64,000 nucleotides of DNA, taken from positions 14,640 to 78,639 of the forward strand of contig JAFZMH010000003.1 in the NCBI GenBank assembly GCA_017553325.1, written 5' to 3'. Position 1 is the first letter of the stretch. The number at the start of each line of letters is the position of its first letter. This document shows positions 16,401 to 24,881 of the stretch, in pieces. Position numbers and translations under genes: made by a program. The notes below the pieces were generated by a model, which did no database searches, was not told where the DNA came from, and saw nothing but the letters and a program-made list of their open reading frames with translations. The DNA is from Clostridia bacterium. Its GTDB lineage: Bacteria; Bacillota; Clostridia; Christensenellales; CAG-917.

Positions 16401-19139
16401 GACGCAGGCAACGTCCTTGACATCGTTCCGAGCGGACTTACGAGCGCAAACTACGACGTTACGTTCATCCCGGGCACGATCACGGTCAACAAACGCCAGG
16501 TCGCATTGGTAATGTTCGTTGACGGTCAACCAATCGAAGGTGTTGCAGCTAGCGTAGTATACGACGGCAACAACCATACGTTTGAAATCAAGTATCAAGC
16601 AGTCGACAGCAGTTGGACGCTTGTGCAAGATATGACGATTAAAAACGTAGCGGATAGCGACGGAACTACTTTAACGCCAGCCAATAATACTCTCGGCAAC
16701 TATCGCCCGAATAGTACGTATTCTTTCACTTGGAACGTCACTCCAAAGGCGATTACAGTGAGCTATGAAGGCGAAGCGCAGTCCAGAGTATTCGGCGACG
16801 TCGCAAGCTGGACGGAACTCCTCACGGCTATGGAGGACAACGACTACTATCTCGCTGTTTCTCCGGCTCTCGGCGCAGGCGACACGATTTGGGACGTCGT
16901 TGAAGTTGCAATCGTCAACGGACAACAACAACCGGTCGAAGCAGGTCCGACGCTCGTTCACGGCGTCTACACGCTCATAGCGACTGATTTGAACAACGCC
17001 AACTACGCCGTCACGATGGGCGACTTTACAAAGGCAACGCTCACCGTCACGAAGAACGTTTACAATATGGACGGCGTCACGTTTGCCGCAATCACGGTCA
17101 CCTATGACGGTCAAGCGCACACGGCAATCGCCGCAAATCTTCCGGACGGCGTCACTGCCACATACGAACTCAATTCTCGTACGGCAGTCGGCACGCAGAC
17201 CGCAATTGCACACTTCACGGGCGACGACGATCACGAACCGATTGCCGATAAGGAAGCGGTCATCACAATCAACCCCGCAACGCTTACGGGCGTCTCGGTT
17301 GCTCAAAACGGCGCGCTCACTTACAACAGAGCGGAACAAGCCGCAAACGTCACGACAAACGCTACGGCGGTCAACAATCAAGCGGTCACGTTTATGTACA
17401 GCGCGACGGAAAACGGCACGTACACAATCGCTGTTCCGAGGTTCACGACGGCAGGCAAACACACGATCTACTATCAAGCCTCCGCAGACAACCACAATAT
17501 GGCGACGGGACACTTTGATATCACAATCGGCAAGGCGAATTACGATATGACGGACGTCACGCTTGCAAACCTCACGGTCACTTATGACGGCGAAGCACAC
17601 ACGATTGAAATCACGGGCGAACTTCCGTTCGAAGAGATCGCGGTCACCTATGACAACGAAACCCGCACCGTTGCAGGCTCGCAAACAGTGACGGCGCACT
17701 TCGCAGGAGACACGGCAAACTACAACGCGATTGCCGATAAGACGGCAACCTTGACCGTCAAACCGAAGGTTATCACTATCAACGTCGTTGCCAAGTCCAG
17801 CACGTACGGCAATGAGCCGGCAGAACTTACGGCGGAGGTCGCGGACGGCGATATAGTCGTCGGCGATGAAGACAAAGATATCTTCAGCCTCGCTTGCGCA
17901 GTCACGGCACAATCCAACGTCGGCAAATACAACATCACCGGCGAGTGTCTCGACGGAAACTATTCGATTATTTTCGCAAACGGTGTAAACGCCTACACGG
18001 TCACAGAGCGTGAGATTACGCTCACTTGGAGCAACCTCACCTTCACGTACGACGGTTCCGCTCACAAGCCGACTGCGGTTGCAGGCAACTTGGCAGGCGA
18101 AGACGTCCTCGCAGTGACGGTCTCCGGCGAAGCGACGCTTGCAGGCACGCACACAGCAACGGCGGCTATCGAAAGCGTGAACTACGTGCTTCCGGAAGTC
18201 ATTACACACGACTTCACAATCGCAAAAGCGGCGGCAGTCTTCGATCTCTCTCGCGTCGAAAGAGAATTCAGATACACAGGTAGCGAACTCTCAATCTCCG
18301 GCGCAACGGTCAGCGGCGGCGGCGCAATCTCCTATGAGAACAACAGTTTCGTGACAGTCGGTACGCATACGGTCACGGTCAAGTCCGCAGAGAGCGCGAA
18401 CTATCTCGCAGGCTCCACAACCGTCGACGTCGTCGTCAAAGAAGCCGCTCCGCAAACTTCCGAAGACGGCTCCAAGACCTACTACAAGGTCATCGACGTC
18501 GAAGAGGTCAAGGAAGAAGGCGTTGACGTCACCGCAATCTTCAACGATGCAAGCGCAGATAATGCGGAAGCAAAAGAAGTCAAACTCGAGGTCGGCGATT
18601 CTCAAATCGTCTTCAACGCGGCGGCAGTCGCTGCTATCGCAGGCAACGAAGTCACGTTGAAACTCGAAGTGTCCAAAGATGCCGAAGACGCTCCGAAGGG
18701 CGCACAACTCGTCATCGACGTCAAACTCGAAGGCGCAACCTTCGCAGAGGGCTCCGCACTCGTCAGCGTCCCGTTCGACGGCAAGGTCCCGGGCGGTCAA
18801 CAAGCCAAGGTCTACTACGTCGACGAAAACGGTAAGAAGACGGCTATGAAGACAACGCTCGCAGACGGCGTCATCACCTTCGAGACCAACCACTTCTCAC
18901 GCTATATCGTCACCTACGAACTCACGGGCGGCTCTATCGCGGGCATCGTCATCGCAGTCGTTGCAGTCGCGGCAGGCGCAGCGGTCGCAGTCCTCTTCCT
19001 CCTCAAAAAGAAGAAAGGCAACGGCCCCGCAAAAACCGACAAGCAACCCGAACAACCGGCAGAAGAACCAGCGCAAGATGAAACTGTGGCAAATGAAACT
19101 GCCGCGGAAGAACCTGCTGCGGAACCGGCAGCCGAATAA
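10488..19139 (+). CDS. giant cell-surface repeat protein (2883 aa), MBG-type adhesin-like repeats, C-terminal TM anchor
   Basis: Has a signal-like N-terminus (LSLVAVVVLVVLLGVVTAMTL). It contains dozens of 80-90-aa units of the pattern ...ITADNKDIVYGEA.P....SGF..G......GELAF.CDY......ANY.I....GTLTV.KA typical of MBG domains. The C-terminal helix (IAGIVIAVVAVAAGAAVAVLFLL) is followed by KKKK and a Pro/Glu/Ala-rich tail. There is no LPXTG motif. Confidence 0.85.
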   Translation: MNKKHSQRLSLVAVVVLVVLLGVVTAMTLKVSPSHSVAFADGWLQTGYEIEISNNGDPVGSITDEIWFEYGAGTAGGISATIYPSGMGPGDAITPDEIYYEQYVNSNWESFVGTPLHTGTYRKVYTYDEGGGAERIAEIVFEITPVPVIISMDETTFYYKGSAFSLTPTVGSPHDEYFTAVVNWDDEAPNMPGEYDYTLSLQLKPGKEAVLSDYVPSPASGSVEVLKRQLDYSTFQAELPYNGSPQNGITVKYEPLSTPEVDDPTIMTEANGYMPLDDVIVKINSFRWGGVGGDEKIYSGEIGDDYIVGVEIAEEYRDRYYFGIHTEPDPQDPMNMITVYDYDHYNSTQDIVKATVIPNAVALGGVLGSQYMVGEESAYSRLDGITDVTDRIVLSLSSLPGYEDGLSEHLTPSGDWEWALGEAHDDGEATDHGLSFEYVTTEAFPANTAEVGQHYTLRQWVTGNSNYDDSYIYLTFEVKKIPVYMRADDLEYNGADQTPDVTFYQYIIDENSFFKLSTSIVTNGTTAQRNVGEYALAGNFVGSSGDSYAFVAGDAGAIFHIYATTLTPDLTLASNSLVYGTAVGPTFDGVNLDDMAGEDDKVAQHVNENYYYRYSAEEPENAAAWDLIGWIEAPSGATFAEVKNVGFYQLKYDFVCDGYLDTYINYVSAGPSIVNVTVTKKALTITADNKDIVYGEAAPEWTITPSGFEYGETVSVLGGELAFACDYNTADPANRGANDYTITPSGYTSANYAITHTAGTLTVAKATLAVTVDADQTKVYGQADPALTFSVGASQFSDNIQNTSTFFNGALARVAGEPVGTYAISQGTLALKSAYSANYNISFTGDNFTITKATLTVTVDADQSKTYGDDDPALTFSVGASQFSDNIQATSTYFNGALARVEGETYNALGYAISQGTLALKPAYADNYNISFTGNTFMINKLEVVISWSGITGFTVEYDGVRHALSAEVTNLVPGDELELEVFENGAKSVNSYTAYVELPDTETANNYQLSHENAHRTQAWSITAKDVSVNFTALTKVYTGSAQLPSYNLDGVIAGDSENVTLAFEGGNAIDVDEVDGYDKTFTLNGSKASNYNLVAGANYTVDAGVGTVNLKIARLEVTYTTALTGDGDGDLSVAYDGSSHTLSATITNKQTKDTVLDDVSIAISTHATETNAGEYVATLIFEGTRAFNYKFALGENTVTWNIAKIDAVITLAPAKVNGLVYNGENQALVTAGTVTGGTLYYSLDNDSWDDEVPTAFNANTSGYTVWYKVVPDGNHNAIDATSITSIVVSRKTATIKPNAGQTRVYGAGEPATFGYTIDGILPGDVDAYVTYAGNIIRAEGDNAGEYTYSNYTVCLYEGSTGDRHNNYDLTIDDVTNKFVITPKTVTYAKYYDGDIEKTTATYNGGQHTFNARVTNLEPGDTVTITVSGNGTNANTYNRTLTLGGADKNNYQFDGANMYGQLENVQFVIAKADYDMTGITFDSAELPYNGAAQSLTIEGELPEGEDHIQVTVNYSGSAMNVSQGAVLVTATFATTSTNYNVPNAMQAYVTITPIEYDMLGISFENAEVVYDGEAHSLTIEGDLPTGLDGISVTVNYSGEATHVNDGAVAVTATFSTTSANYNVPDPMEATITILPRPIRLAINDATSVYGNALANLSAEWVEDTQNGKMTIIGGDTLELDVNYSLTAYVPNPQEPLTSTSPVSDGYIIIGDDIDPDDDYEIYFWQGSYTLTARPITVVYDPLQEPKGATYGATAEWTALGEEMMTNGLYLSTTDGVANGEGLLGLLTITFTKAGDPTVYTEGDLDDELAAGTYQMVVVSNSANYNMTINLGEKAYLVVSPRALEVTITGATSVYGDAIAVPNVAITAGTLANEDANPWQLTAAYTALTNTTGVSSVAVLEATNANYAITFVGNTYSITKKDLTITADDKEVEYGAAVPTYTVSYEGFIEGDNESVLGGELAFACDYTTSTDAGNVLDIVPSGLTSANYDVTFIPGTITVNKRQVALVMFVDGQPIEGVAASVVYDGNNHTFEIKYQAVDSSWTLVQDMTIKNVADSDGTTLTPANNTLGNYRPNSTYSFTWNVTPKAITVSYEGEAQSRVFGDVASWTELLTAMEDNDYYLAVSPALGAGDTIWDVVEVAIVNGQQQPVEAGPTLVHGVYTLIATDLNNANYAVTMGDFTKATLTVTKNVYNMDGVTFAAITVTYDGQAHTAIAANLPDGVTATYELNSRTAVGTQTAIAHFTGDDDHEPIADKEAVITINPATLTGVSVAQNGALTYNRAEQAANVTTNATAVNNQAVTFMYSATENGTYTIAVPRFTTAGKHTIYYQASADNHNMATGHFDITIGKANYDMTDVTLANLTVTYDGEAHTIEITGELPFEEIAVTYDNETRTVAGSQTVTAHFAGDTANYNAIADKTATLTVKPKVITINVVAKSSTYGNEPAELTAEVADGDIVVGDEDKDIFSLACAVTAQSNVGKYNITGECLDGNYSIIFANGVNAYTVTEREITLTWSNLTFTYDGSAHKPTAVAGNLAGEDVLAVTVSGEATLAGTHTATAAIESVNYVLPEVITHDFTIAKAAAVFDLSRVEREFRYTGSELSISGATVSGGGAISYENNSFVTVGTHTVTVKSAESANYLAGSTTVDVVVKEAAPQTSEDGSKTYYKVIDVEEVKEEGVDVTAIFNDASADNAEAKEVKLEVGDSQIVFNAAAVAAIAGNEVTLKLEVSKDAEDAPKGAQLVIDVKLEGATFAEGSALVSVPFDGKVPGGQQAKVYYVDENGKKTAMKTTLADGVITFETNHFSRYIVTYELTGGSIAGIVIAVVAVAAGAAVAVLFLLKKKKGNGPAKTDKQPEQPAEEPAQDETVANETAAEEPAAEPAAE
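12780..13307 (+). repeat. in-frame tandem duplication inside the giant gene (2 units of 87-89 aa)
   Basis: Units start at 12780 and 13041 (KATLAVTVDADQTKVYGQADPALTFSVGASQFSDNIQ... vs KATLTVTVDADQSKTYGDDDPALTFSVGASQFSDNIQ...) and are highly similar at the nucleotide level. Confidence 0.85.
14901..15392 (+). repeat. in-frame tandem duplication inside the giant gene (2 units of 82 aa)
   Basis: Units are 14901-15146 and 15147-15392 (KADYDMTGITFDSAELPYNGAAQSLTIEGELP... vs PIEYDMLGISFENAEVVYDGEAHSLTIEGDLP...). Confidence 0.85.
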
Positions 19140-19175
19140 GCTAAACGCTTACTGTCAGTATCGACAATCAGACAA

Positions 19176-19208
19176 GATGTCGCCCGTCTCGGGCGGCATC
19201 TTTGTTTT
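19176..19208 (+). terminator. intrinsic terminator after the giant gene
   Basis: Sequence gatgtcgccc gtctc gggcggcatc followed by tttgtttt. Confidence 0.65.
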
Positions 19209-19273
19209 GCTTTCAACAATAAATATTCGAAACGTGATTTCAAAAAACGTTTAGGGAACGATATTTTTGCGAC

Positions 19274-19308
19274 AAAAAAAGCACTCAACCGATTGGCTGA
19301 GTGCTTTT
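19274..19308. terminator. bidirectional terminator (serves the minus-strand aminotransferase gene)
   Basis: Sequence aaaaaaa gcactca accgattggc tgagtgc tttt. Confidence 0.65.
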
Positions 19309-19320
19309 GATTTAAAAACT

Positions 19321-20496
19321 TTATTCGTTCAAGAGTTCGTACAGTTTTTCAAACGCGGGAATCGACTCTTTTATCGTCTCCTCTTTGACGCAGTAAGCGA
19401 TTCTCACAAATCCTTTCGCCCCAAACTCGTCGCAGGGGACGATGAGTATGCCGAGTTTTTTTGCCACGTCGCTCACGCGGACGGAGTTTCCGTCTTTGGC
19501 TTTCAAACACAGATAGAATGCTCCGTCGGGTTTTACACATTCAAAACCTATGCGGGTAAGTTCGCCGTGCAAAAGGTTGCGGTTTTTACTATACTGCTCG
19601 ATGTTCGGACGCGCGGAGGCGCATTCTTCAACCACCTTTTGGAATATCGCGGGCGCGCACACGTAGCCGAGCATTCTTATCGCTCCCGAGAGCGCCCAGT
19701 ACATATCTTCCGCGTTCTGCATCTTCGGGTTCACCGCCACGTAGCCGATACGCTCGCCGGGCAAGGACAAACTCTTTGAGTAGGAATAGCAGAGTATCGT
19801 GTTGTCGTAGTCTGCCATAAAACAGTGGTCGGGGACGTCGTAGACTAGTTCGCGGTAAGGCTCGTCCGTAATCATAACGAGCGGACGACCGAGTTCCGCT
19901 TGCTTTTCTTCTAGTACCGCGACGAGTTGTTTTCTCGTCTTTTCGTCATACACGATTCCGCTCGGGTTGTTGGGGGAGTTGACGATGACCGCCTTTGTGT
20001 TTTCGTTTATCGCCTTCTTCAAAGCGTCGAAGTCAGGGGTCAAATCGTCCTTGCACGGTACGATAATCGGCGTCGCTCCCGCATTGTTGATAAAGAGCGG
20101 ATACTCGGGAAAGTAGGGCGACAATATCACGATTTCGTCCTCTTTGCGCTCCCTGAGAGCCTCAAAAGCCGCGCGAAGTCCGGGGGACGCTCCGCAGGTC
20201 ATAAATATATTCGCATATCCAAGTTCAAGCCCAAAACGCCTGTTCAGGTCGTCCGCAACCGCTTGACGAGTGCTCTCGTAGCCGGGACCCAAAGTGTATT
20301 CGTGCAGGCTGTCCCTATGCTCGGTCGCAATGCGCGCAAGCGCTTCGTTGACGCAGGCGGGCGGTTGAACGTTCGGGTTGCCCAAAGAAAAATCGTAGAC
20401 GGGTTCTCCCGCCTTGCGACGCTCCTTGCCATACTCGAACAAGCGTCTTATTACCGTGCGACCTTTGCCGATTTTCAATAATTCTTGATTTATCAT
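19321..20496 (-). CDS. pyridoxal-phosphate-dependent aminotransferase, class I/II
   Basis: Carries YDFSLGNPNVQPP, the PLP-lysine motif SYSKSLSLPGERIGY and NPSG. Start set at MINQELLK (ATG ending at 20496, AAGAGG upstream); the longer ORF-track start lacks an SD. Confidence 0.8.
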   Translation of the reverse strand: MINQELLKIGKGRTVIRRLFEYGKERRKAGEPVYDFSLGNPNVQPPACVNEALARIATEHRDSLHEYTLGPGYESTRQAVADDLNRRFGLELGYANIFMTCGASPGLRAAFEALRERKEDEIVILSPYFPEYPLFINNAGATPIIVPCKDDLTPDFDALKKAINENTKAVIVNSPNNPSGIVYDEKTRKQLVAVLEEKQAELGRPLVMITDEPYRELVYDVPDHCFMADYDNTILCYSYSKSLSLPGERIGYVAVNPKMQNAEDMYWALSGAIRMLGYVCAPAIFQKVVEECASARPNIEQYSKNRNLLHGELTRIGFECVKPDGAFYLCLKAKDGNSVRVSDVAKKLGILIVPCDEFGAKGFVRIAYCVKEETIKESIPAFEKLYELLNE

Positions 20497-20641
20497 ACCT
20501 TGCCTCTTCGTTTTTGCCATAATATGCAAATGCGAATTGCTTGTTGCAAAAATTGTATCACACGGCGGTAAATTCGGCAAGAATTTTTTTGCCATTGAAA
20601 AATTATACGCAAGTGTTATAATATATTCGGGAGCGATAGGT

Positions 20642-21373
20642 ATGGAAACGACCGACAATATTCAAAAACTCAAAGACGCAATCAAGAGGAGCAATCGTAT
20701 AGTGGTCTTGACGGGGGCAGGCATCTCCGTCCCGAGCGGAATACCCGATTTCAGGAGCGCGACGGGGCTGTATTCCACGCCTTTCGGAGCGTTTCACCCC
20801 GAGGAGATGATTTCGCACGAATTCTACGTTTTGCACAAAAAAGAATTCTACGAATTCTACAAGCAAAAAATGCTCTATCCCGACGCAAAGCCCAACGGGG
20901 CGCACGTCTTCCTTGCAAAACTCGAGGAGAAAGGCAAATTGTCCGCCGTTATCACGCAGAATATCGACGGCTTGCATCAGGCGGCGGGGAGTAAGCGCGT
21001 GCTTGAACTGCACGGCTCGGTGCACAGGAACTACTGCGAGAGGTGCAAAAAATTCTTTGACCTCGACTATATCATAAGTTCGGACGGCGTGCCCAAATGC
21101 CCGTGCGGCGGGGCGATAAAACCCGACGTGGTGCTGTACGGCGAGGGGTTGGACACGGATATTCTCATGTCGGCGATAAACGCCCTGCGCCACGCGGACC
21201 TCTTTATCGTCATCGGCACGTCGCTTGCAGTCTATCCCGCGGCTGGACTCGTCGATTATTACGGCGGAAAGACGAAGGTCGTCATCAACAAGAGTTCCAC
21301 GCCGTACGACGCCTATGCGGACATCGTCATCAACGACGACTGCGCAAAGGTTTTGAGTTTTGACGTCGAGTAA
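20642..21373 (+). CDS. cobB: NAD-dependent protein deacylase (Sir2 family)
   Basis: Carries GAGISVPSGIPDFRS, QNIDGLH, the Zn module CERC...CPCGG and GTSLAVYPAA. Start at METTDN (ATG 20642) after GGGAG. Confidence 0.85.
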   Translation: METTDNIQKLKDAIKRSNRIVVLTGAGISVPSGIPDFRSATGLYSTPFGAFHPEEMISHEFYVLHKKEFYEFYKQKMLYPDAKPNGAHVFLAKLEEKGKLSAVITQNIDGLHQAAGSKRVLELHGSVHRNYCERCKKFFDLDYIISSDGVPKCPCGGAIKPDVVLYGEGLDTDILMSAINALRHADLFIVIGTSLAVYPAAGLVDYYGGKTKVVINKSSTPYDAYADIVINDDCAKVLSFDVE

Positions 21374-21390
21374 TTGACGCTGCGCAAACA

Positions 21391-21420
21391 AAAAATCAAC
21401 GCTGTTGCGTTGATTTTTTT
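21391..21420. terminator. bidirectional terminator between cobB and glmS
   Basis: Sequence aaaa atcaacgc tgtt gcgttgat tttttt. The glmS stop codon lies in the T run. Confidence 0.7.
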
Positions 21421-23140
21421 ATATAACCGTCACGCTCTTTGCGAGATTTCTCGGCTTGTCGGGGTTGAGCCCCAGCTCGAGCGACATCTTGAGCGCGAGG
21501 TTTTGAAGCGGCAATATCGCGACGAGCGGAAAGAGGTTTTCGTCCTTTGGGACGGGCAGGTTTATCGTTTCGTTCGCTCCGATATCGCCGATTCCGCTTA
21601 CGGCAAGCACGTATGCTCCGCGGGAGCGCAGTTCGCTGACGGTGGCTTCGACGCGCGATTCGTCTTTATTTTCAGTCGCTATGACCACGGCGAAACTCTC
21701 CTCGTCTATGAGCGCGATAGGACCGTGTTTGAGTTCGCCCGCGGGGTAGGCGTCCGTCATTCTATAAGTTATTTCCTTGACTTTGAGCGCAGCTTCTTTT
21801 GCCGTCACGACGTCTCGACCTTTGCCCACGAAGAAGAGTTTTTTGTCCAAAACGCAGGGGGTGTAGGCGTTTTGCGTCACCGCAGTTTCAAGACAATTCG
21901 AGAGGTTTTCAACAAATTTTTCGTCGAGAGTTTTGCCTCCGCATCTCTTTGCGAGCGCGTATACGAGCGCGAGTTGGCAAACGTACGATTTCGTCGCCGC
22001 AACCGCGACTTCCGCACCCGCTTCCGTATAGTAGACCGCGTCCGCGACGAAAGACATAAGGCTTCCTCGCACGTTGCAAATCGCAATCGAATAGACGCCT
22101 CTCTCCTTGCACTTTTCGGCGGCGAGAACGGTGTCTGCCGTCTCTCCGCTTTGAGTGATAAAAACCGCAACCGAGTCGCGTTTTACGACGGTTTCGTCGA
22201 ATTCGCTGGACTCAATCGCCTCGCAATCTTTTTTTAAAAGGCGAGAAAATATATGCTTTGCATATATACACGCGTGATAGGCCGTTCCGCAGCCAACGAA
22301 GAGCACTTTGCTCGCTCTTGCGAGTGCTTCCTCGCCGGACGCCCCACTTGTCCTCAAAAAGCCTTCCAGCGTGCGTGCGACTGCCCCAGGTATTTCGCCG
22401 ATTTCGCTCCGCATAAAACAGTCGCTGATTTTCGGGCGCGTGCGGGACACGGCGTAGGCGGGGCGGAACACTCTTTCACCGTTTGCAAACACTTTTATTC
22501 CGTCCCGCGAAATTTTTGCAACGTCGCCGTCCGAAAGCGGGACGACGCTCTTTGAGTAGTCGCAGATGGCGAGGGTGTCGCTCGCGACGAAGTTTTCACC
22601 CTCGCCCAGTCCTATCGCAAGAGACGCGCCCCGCTTTGAGCAATATATCGAGTCGTCGCCTTCGCGTATTGCAAGAAAGGTCGACGCGCCTTTGAGCAAT
22701 TTGCTCACGGTTTCCACACGCTTCAAAAAATCAACGTCCCCGTTCAGAGCGAGCAGGTGCGCGATTATCTCGCTGTCCGTGTCCGAGGAAAACGTCACGG
22801 CTTGTTTTGTCAGCGCGTATTTCAGCTCTTTGAAATTTTCGATTATACCGTTGTGAACGACGGCGATTTTGCCGTCGAACGATAAGTGCGGGTGGGCGTT
22901 CCTTTCAAGAGGTACGCCGTGCGTAGCCCAACGCGTGTGCCCGATTGCGGTAAAAAACTTGTCGCGGGGGAGTTTTTTCTCCAAAGTCGATACCCGTCCC
23001 ACCGTCTTGAAGGTTTGAACTTTGTCGCCGACAACCGCGATACCCGCGCTGTCGTAGCCTCTGTATTCCAGCGTCTTGAGCCCGTCAAATACTACGTCGA
23101 CGGCGTTTTGAAACCCCGTATAGCCAACAATTCCGCACAT
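21419..23140 (-). CDS. glmS: glutamine--fructose-6-phosphate aminotransferase
   Basis: Has the MCGIVGY N-terminal nucleophile, two SIS domains and the C-terminal NLAKSVTV motif. Confidence 0.9.
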   Translation of the reverse strand: MCGIVGYTGFQNAVDVVFDGLKTLEYRGYDSAGIAVVGDKVQTFKTVGRVSTLEKKLPRDKFFTAIGHTRWATHGVPLERNAHPHLSFDGKIAVVHNGIIENFKELKYALTKQAVTFSSDTDSEIIAHLLALNGDVDFLKRVETVSKLLKGASTFLAIREGDDSIYCSKRGASLAIGLGEGENFVASDTLAICDYSKSVVPLSDGDVAKISRDGIKVFANGERVFRPAYAVSRTRPKISDCFMRSEIGEIPGAVARTLEGFLRTSGASGEEALARASKVLFVGCGTAYHACIYAKHIFSRLLKKDCEAIESSEFDETVVKRDSVAVFITQSGETADTVLAAEKCKERGVYSIAICNVRGSLMSFVADAVYYTEAGAEVAVAATKSYVCQLALVYALAKRCGGKTLDEKFVENLSNCLETAVTQNAYTPCVLDKKLFFVGKGRDVVTAKEAALKVKEITYRMTDAYPAGELKHGPIALIDEESFAVVIATENKDESRVEATVSELRSRGAYVLAVSGIGDIGANETINLPVPKDENLFPLVAILPLQNLALKMSLELGLNPDKPRNLAKSVTVI

Positions 23141-23218
23141 ATTAACAGTATATGAAGGCGTCGAAAAAAGTGAATAAAAAACCCTGCAAATCGCAGGGGG
23201 GGGGGATTGTTGACAAGT

Positions 23219-24736
23219 CTATTCTTCGGTGTTTTCGTTTTCGTTTGAGGCGGTATCTTCGGGTTCTGCTTGTTGCGGTGCGGATTTGCGATTTGCTTTT
23301 AGGTTTGCAATCAATGCTTTTACGTCGGCAATCGGGTCTCGTCCGCCGAACGCTCTGCACTTGTCGTCGGGGAGCGCAACTTCTACGGCGAGGGATATGA
23401 CGAGAAGCATAATGAAGAAGGGCGGGCTGAAGAACGCCGTGTCAATCATACCGTAGGCGTCGAATATCAAGAGAGACAGTAAAAGCATTACGGCTTCCGG
23501 CTTCTTTCTCAGCACGAAGAAGGTGCGGTAGCGGTGGAAATAGAAGAACGCGAAAGCAATCGCGCCCACGATGCCCATATCCGCGAGTATTTGCAGGGCG
23601 GTGGAGTGGTGCCAGTACGGCGAATAGTTGTTGCCGTCTATCTCGCCTATTCTGAAGTCCCAACCCGCGCCGAAGATAGGGTCGTTCTTAAAGGTGTCGA
23701 TTGCGATTGGGTAGAGGGTTTCCGTCCTGCCCGAACTGTCGAACCCCTTGTCGAGCATCTTCGTCAAAATCTCGCCGACTTGGTCGCCAAAATAGACGAC
23801 AAGTCCAACCGCCAGGGCAAACAGCACGCATACGGACGCTCCGAACGCGAGTTTATTTTCCGTCTTTGCCATGACGTACAGGAGCATAATCGGCAGAGCA
23901 ATCGTGGTGAAAAGTATCGTGCCTCTGCTTCCCGTGCAGATTATGACGAGGTATTCAAACAGCGCGATAAGGACGAGGAGAGGGACGATTTTGTTCCTCT
24001 TTATGCAGAGATACAGCGTCGCGGGAATAGCCATCGCGATTGCGGGAGCGATATTGTTTGCGCTCGACCAGCCGAGGTCGATGAGTTTGAGTATGACGTT
24101 TTCTCTCAGTTCGTCGAACGTCTCGCAGACGGTGGCGTAGTAAACCACTGCTTGCGCGCATACGACCAAGCCCGAGCAGAACAAAATCTTTATGACGTAG
24201 AGCGCGAGTTCGTCCTTGTCCTCTCGCGTCGTGAGCACGAAGAAGGTGTAGCCGAGCGCGACGACTATGATAAACGCAAGAGCGGCGACTCTCGCCACGG
24301 GGCTCTCCGCAGGACGGGTGACGCCCGCAAACGCAAACGGAACGACGAGTGCGATGAGAGCGGCGTGAAAACCTTTTATGCGTTTTGGAGCAAGCGGGGA
24401 ATAGTCGCGCTTAAAGCGCACGAGCGAAAAAACTACGCCCGCGAGCAGTATAATAATAAACGCCAAGAGCCACGAATAGTCGCCGAGGTCGTGGCGGTCG
24501 CTGTTTATCATAAACACGAATGAATACAGAATGGGCAACAGGTGTTTTGTGCCCCTGAAAAAGAAGAGAGGGAGAACGTTTGCCACTACGAGAATGGGAA
24601 GCACGACGTACCAACCGCTCGACACCCAACCGATAAAGACGATTATGAGATTGAGCGCGATCCACCAATCGCTCTCGATAAAGCGAGTTGCGAGTGCTCC
24701 GAATTTATTGAGTTTGAGTTTTGTTTCTTCTTTCAT
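23219..24736 (-). CDS. O-antigen ligase / Wzy-like polytopic membrane protein
   Basis: Has about 12 hydrophobic helices, a Wzy_C-like loop (CTGSRGTILFTTIAL) and a soluble C-terminal tail. Confidence 0.55.
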   Translation of the reverse strand: MKEETKLKLNKFGALATRFIESDWWIALNLIIVFIGWVSSGWYVVLPILVVANVLPLFFFRGTKHLLPILYSFVFMINSDRHDLGDYSWLLAFIIILLAGVVFSLVRFKRDYSPLAPKRIKGFHAALIALVVPFAFAGVTRPAESPVARVAALAFIIVVALGYTFFVLTTREDKDELALYVIKILFCSGLVVCAQAVVYYATVCETFDELRENVILKLIDLGWSSANNIAPAIAMAIPATLYLCIKRNKIVPLLVLIALFEYLVIICTGSRGTILFTTIALPIMLLYVMAKTENKLAFGASVCVLFALAVGLVVYFGDQVGEILTKMLDKGFDSSGRTETLYPIAIDTFKNDPIFGAGWDFRIGEIDGNNYSPYWHHSTALQILADMGIVGAIAFAFFYFHRYRTFFVLRKKPEAVMLLLSLLIFDAYGMIDTAFFSPPFFIMLLVISLAVEVALPDDKCRAFGGRDPIADVKALIANLKANRKSAPQQAEPEDTASNENENTEE

Positions 24737-24881
24737 AATTTGACTTTTGCATATATTATTGTCATCACAAAATATTATATACTCAAACTCTGCGCGGTGT
24801 CAATTTGAGAATTTATTGTTGCCTATTGAAAAACCGCTTGCAATTTGCTATTATAAAAACAGCAAAACAAAGAGGTGTGAT

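Noticed and set aside
16671-18209. A 512-aa ORF on the minus strand inside the giant gene, with similar ones at 12117-12965, 13077-13619, 14538-15128 and 18291-18893.
   Set aside because: They lie antisense to a far longer ORF that has a clear repeat-domain architecture. Their Arg/Cys/Val-rich composition has no motifs, and they have no SD. These are typical shadow ORFs of a gene with GC-rich third positions.
21374-22237. Plus-strand ORFs overlapping glmS. The same pattern occurs opposite secA (43239-44960), rpoB, rpoC, tsaD, cobB and GH31.
   Set aside because: They lie antisense to genes with unambiguous family motifs and show no independent signals.
23141-23218. The glmS ribozyme expected upstream of a Firmicute glmS.
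   Set aside because: Only 78 nt separate glmS from the upstream gene, and most of it is that gene's terminator. This is too short, and it lacks the ribozyme core.
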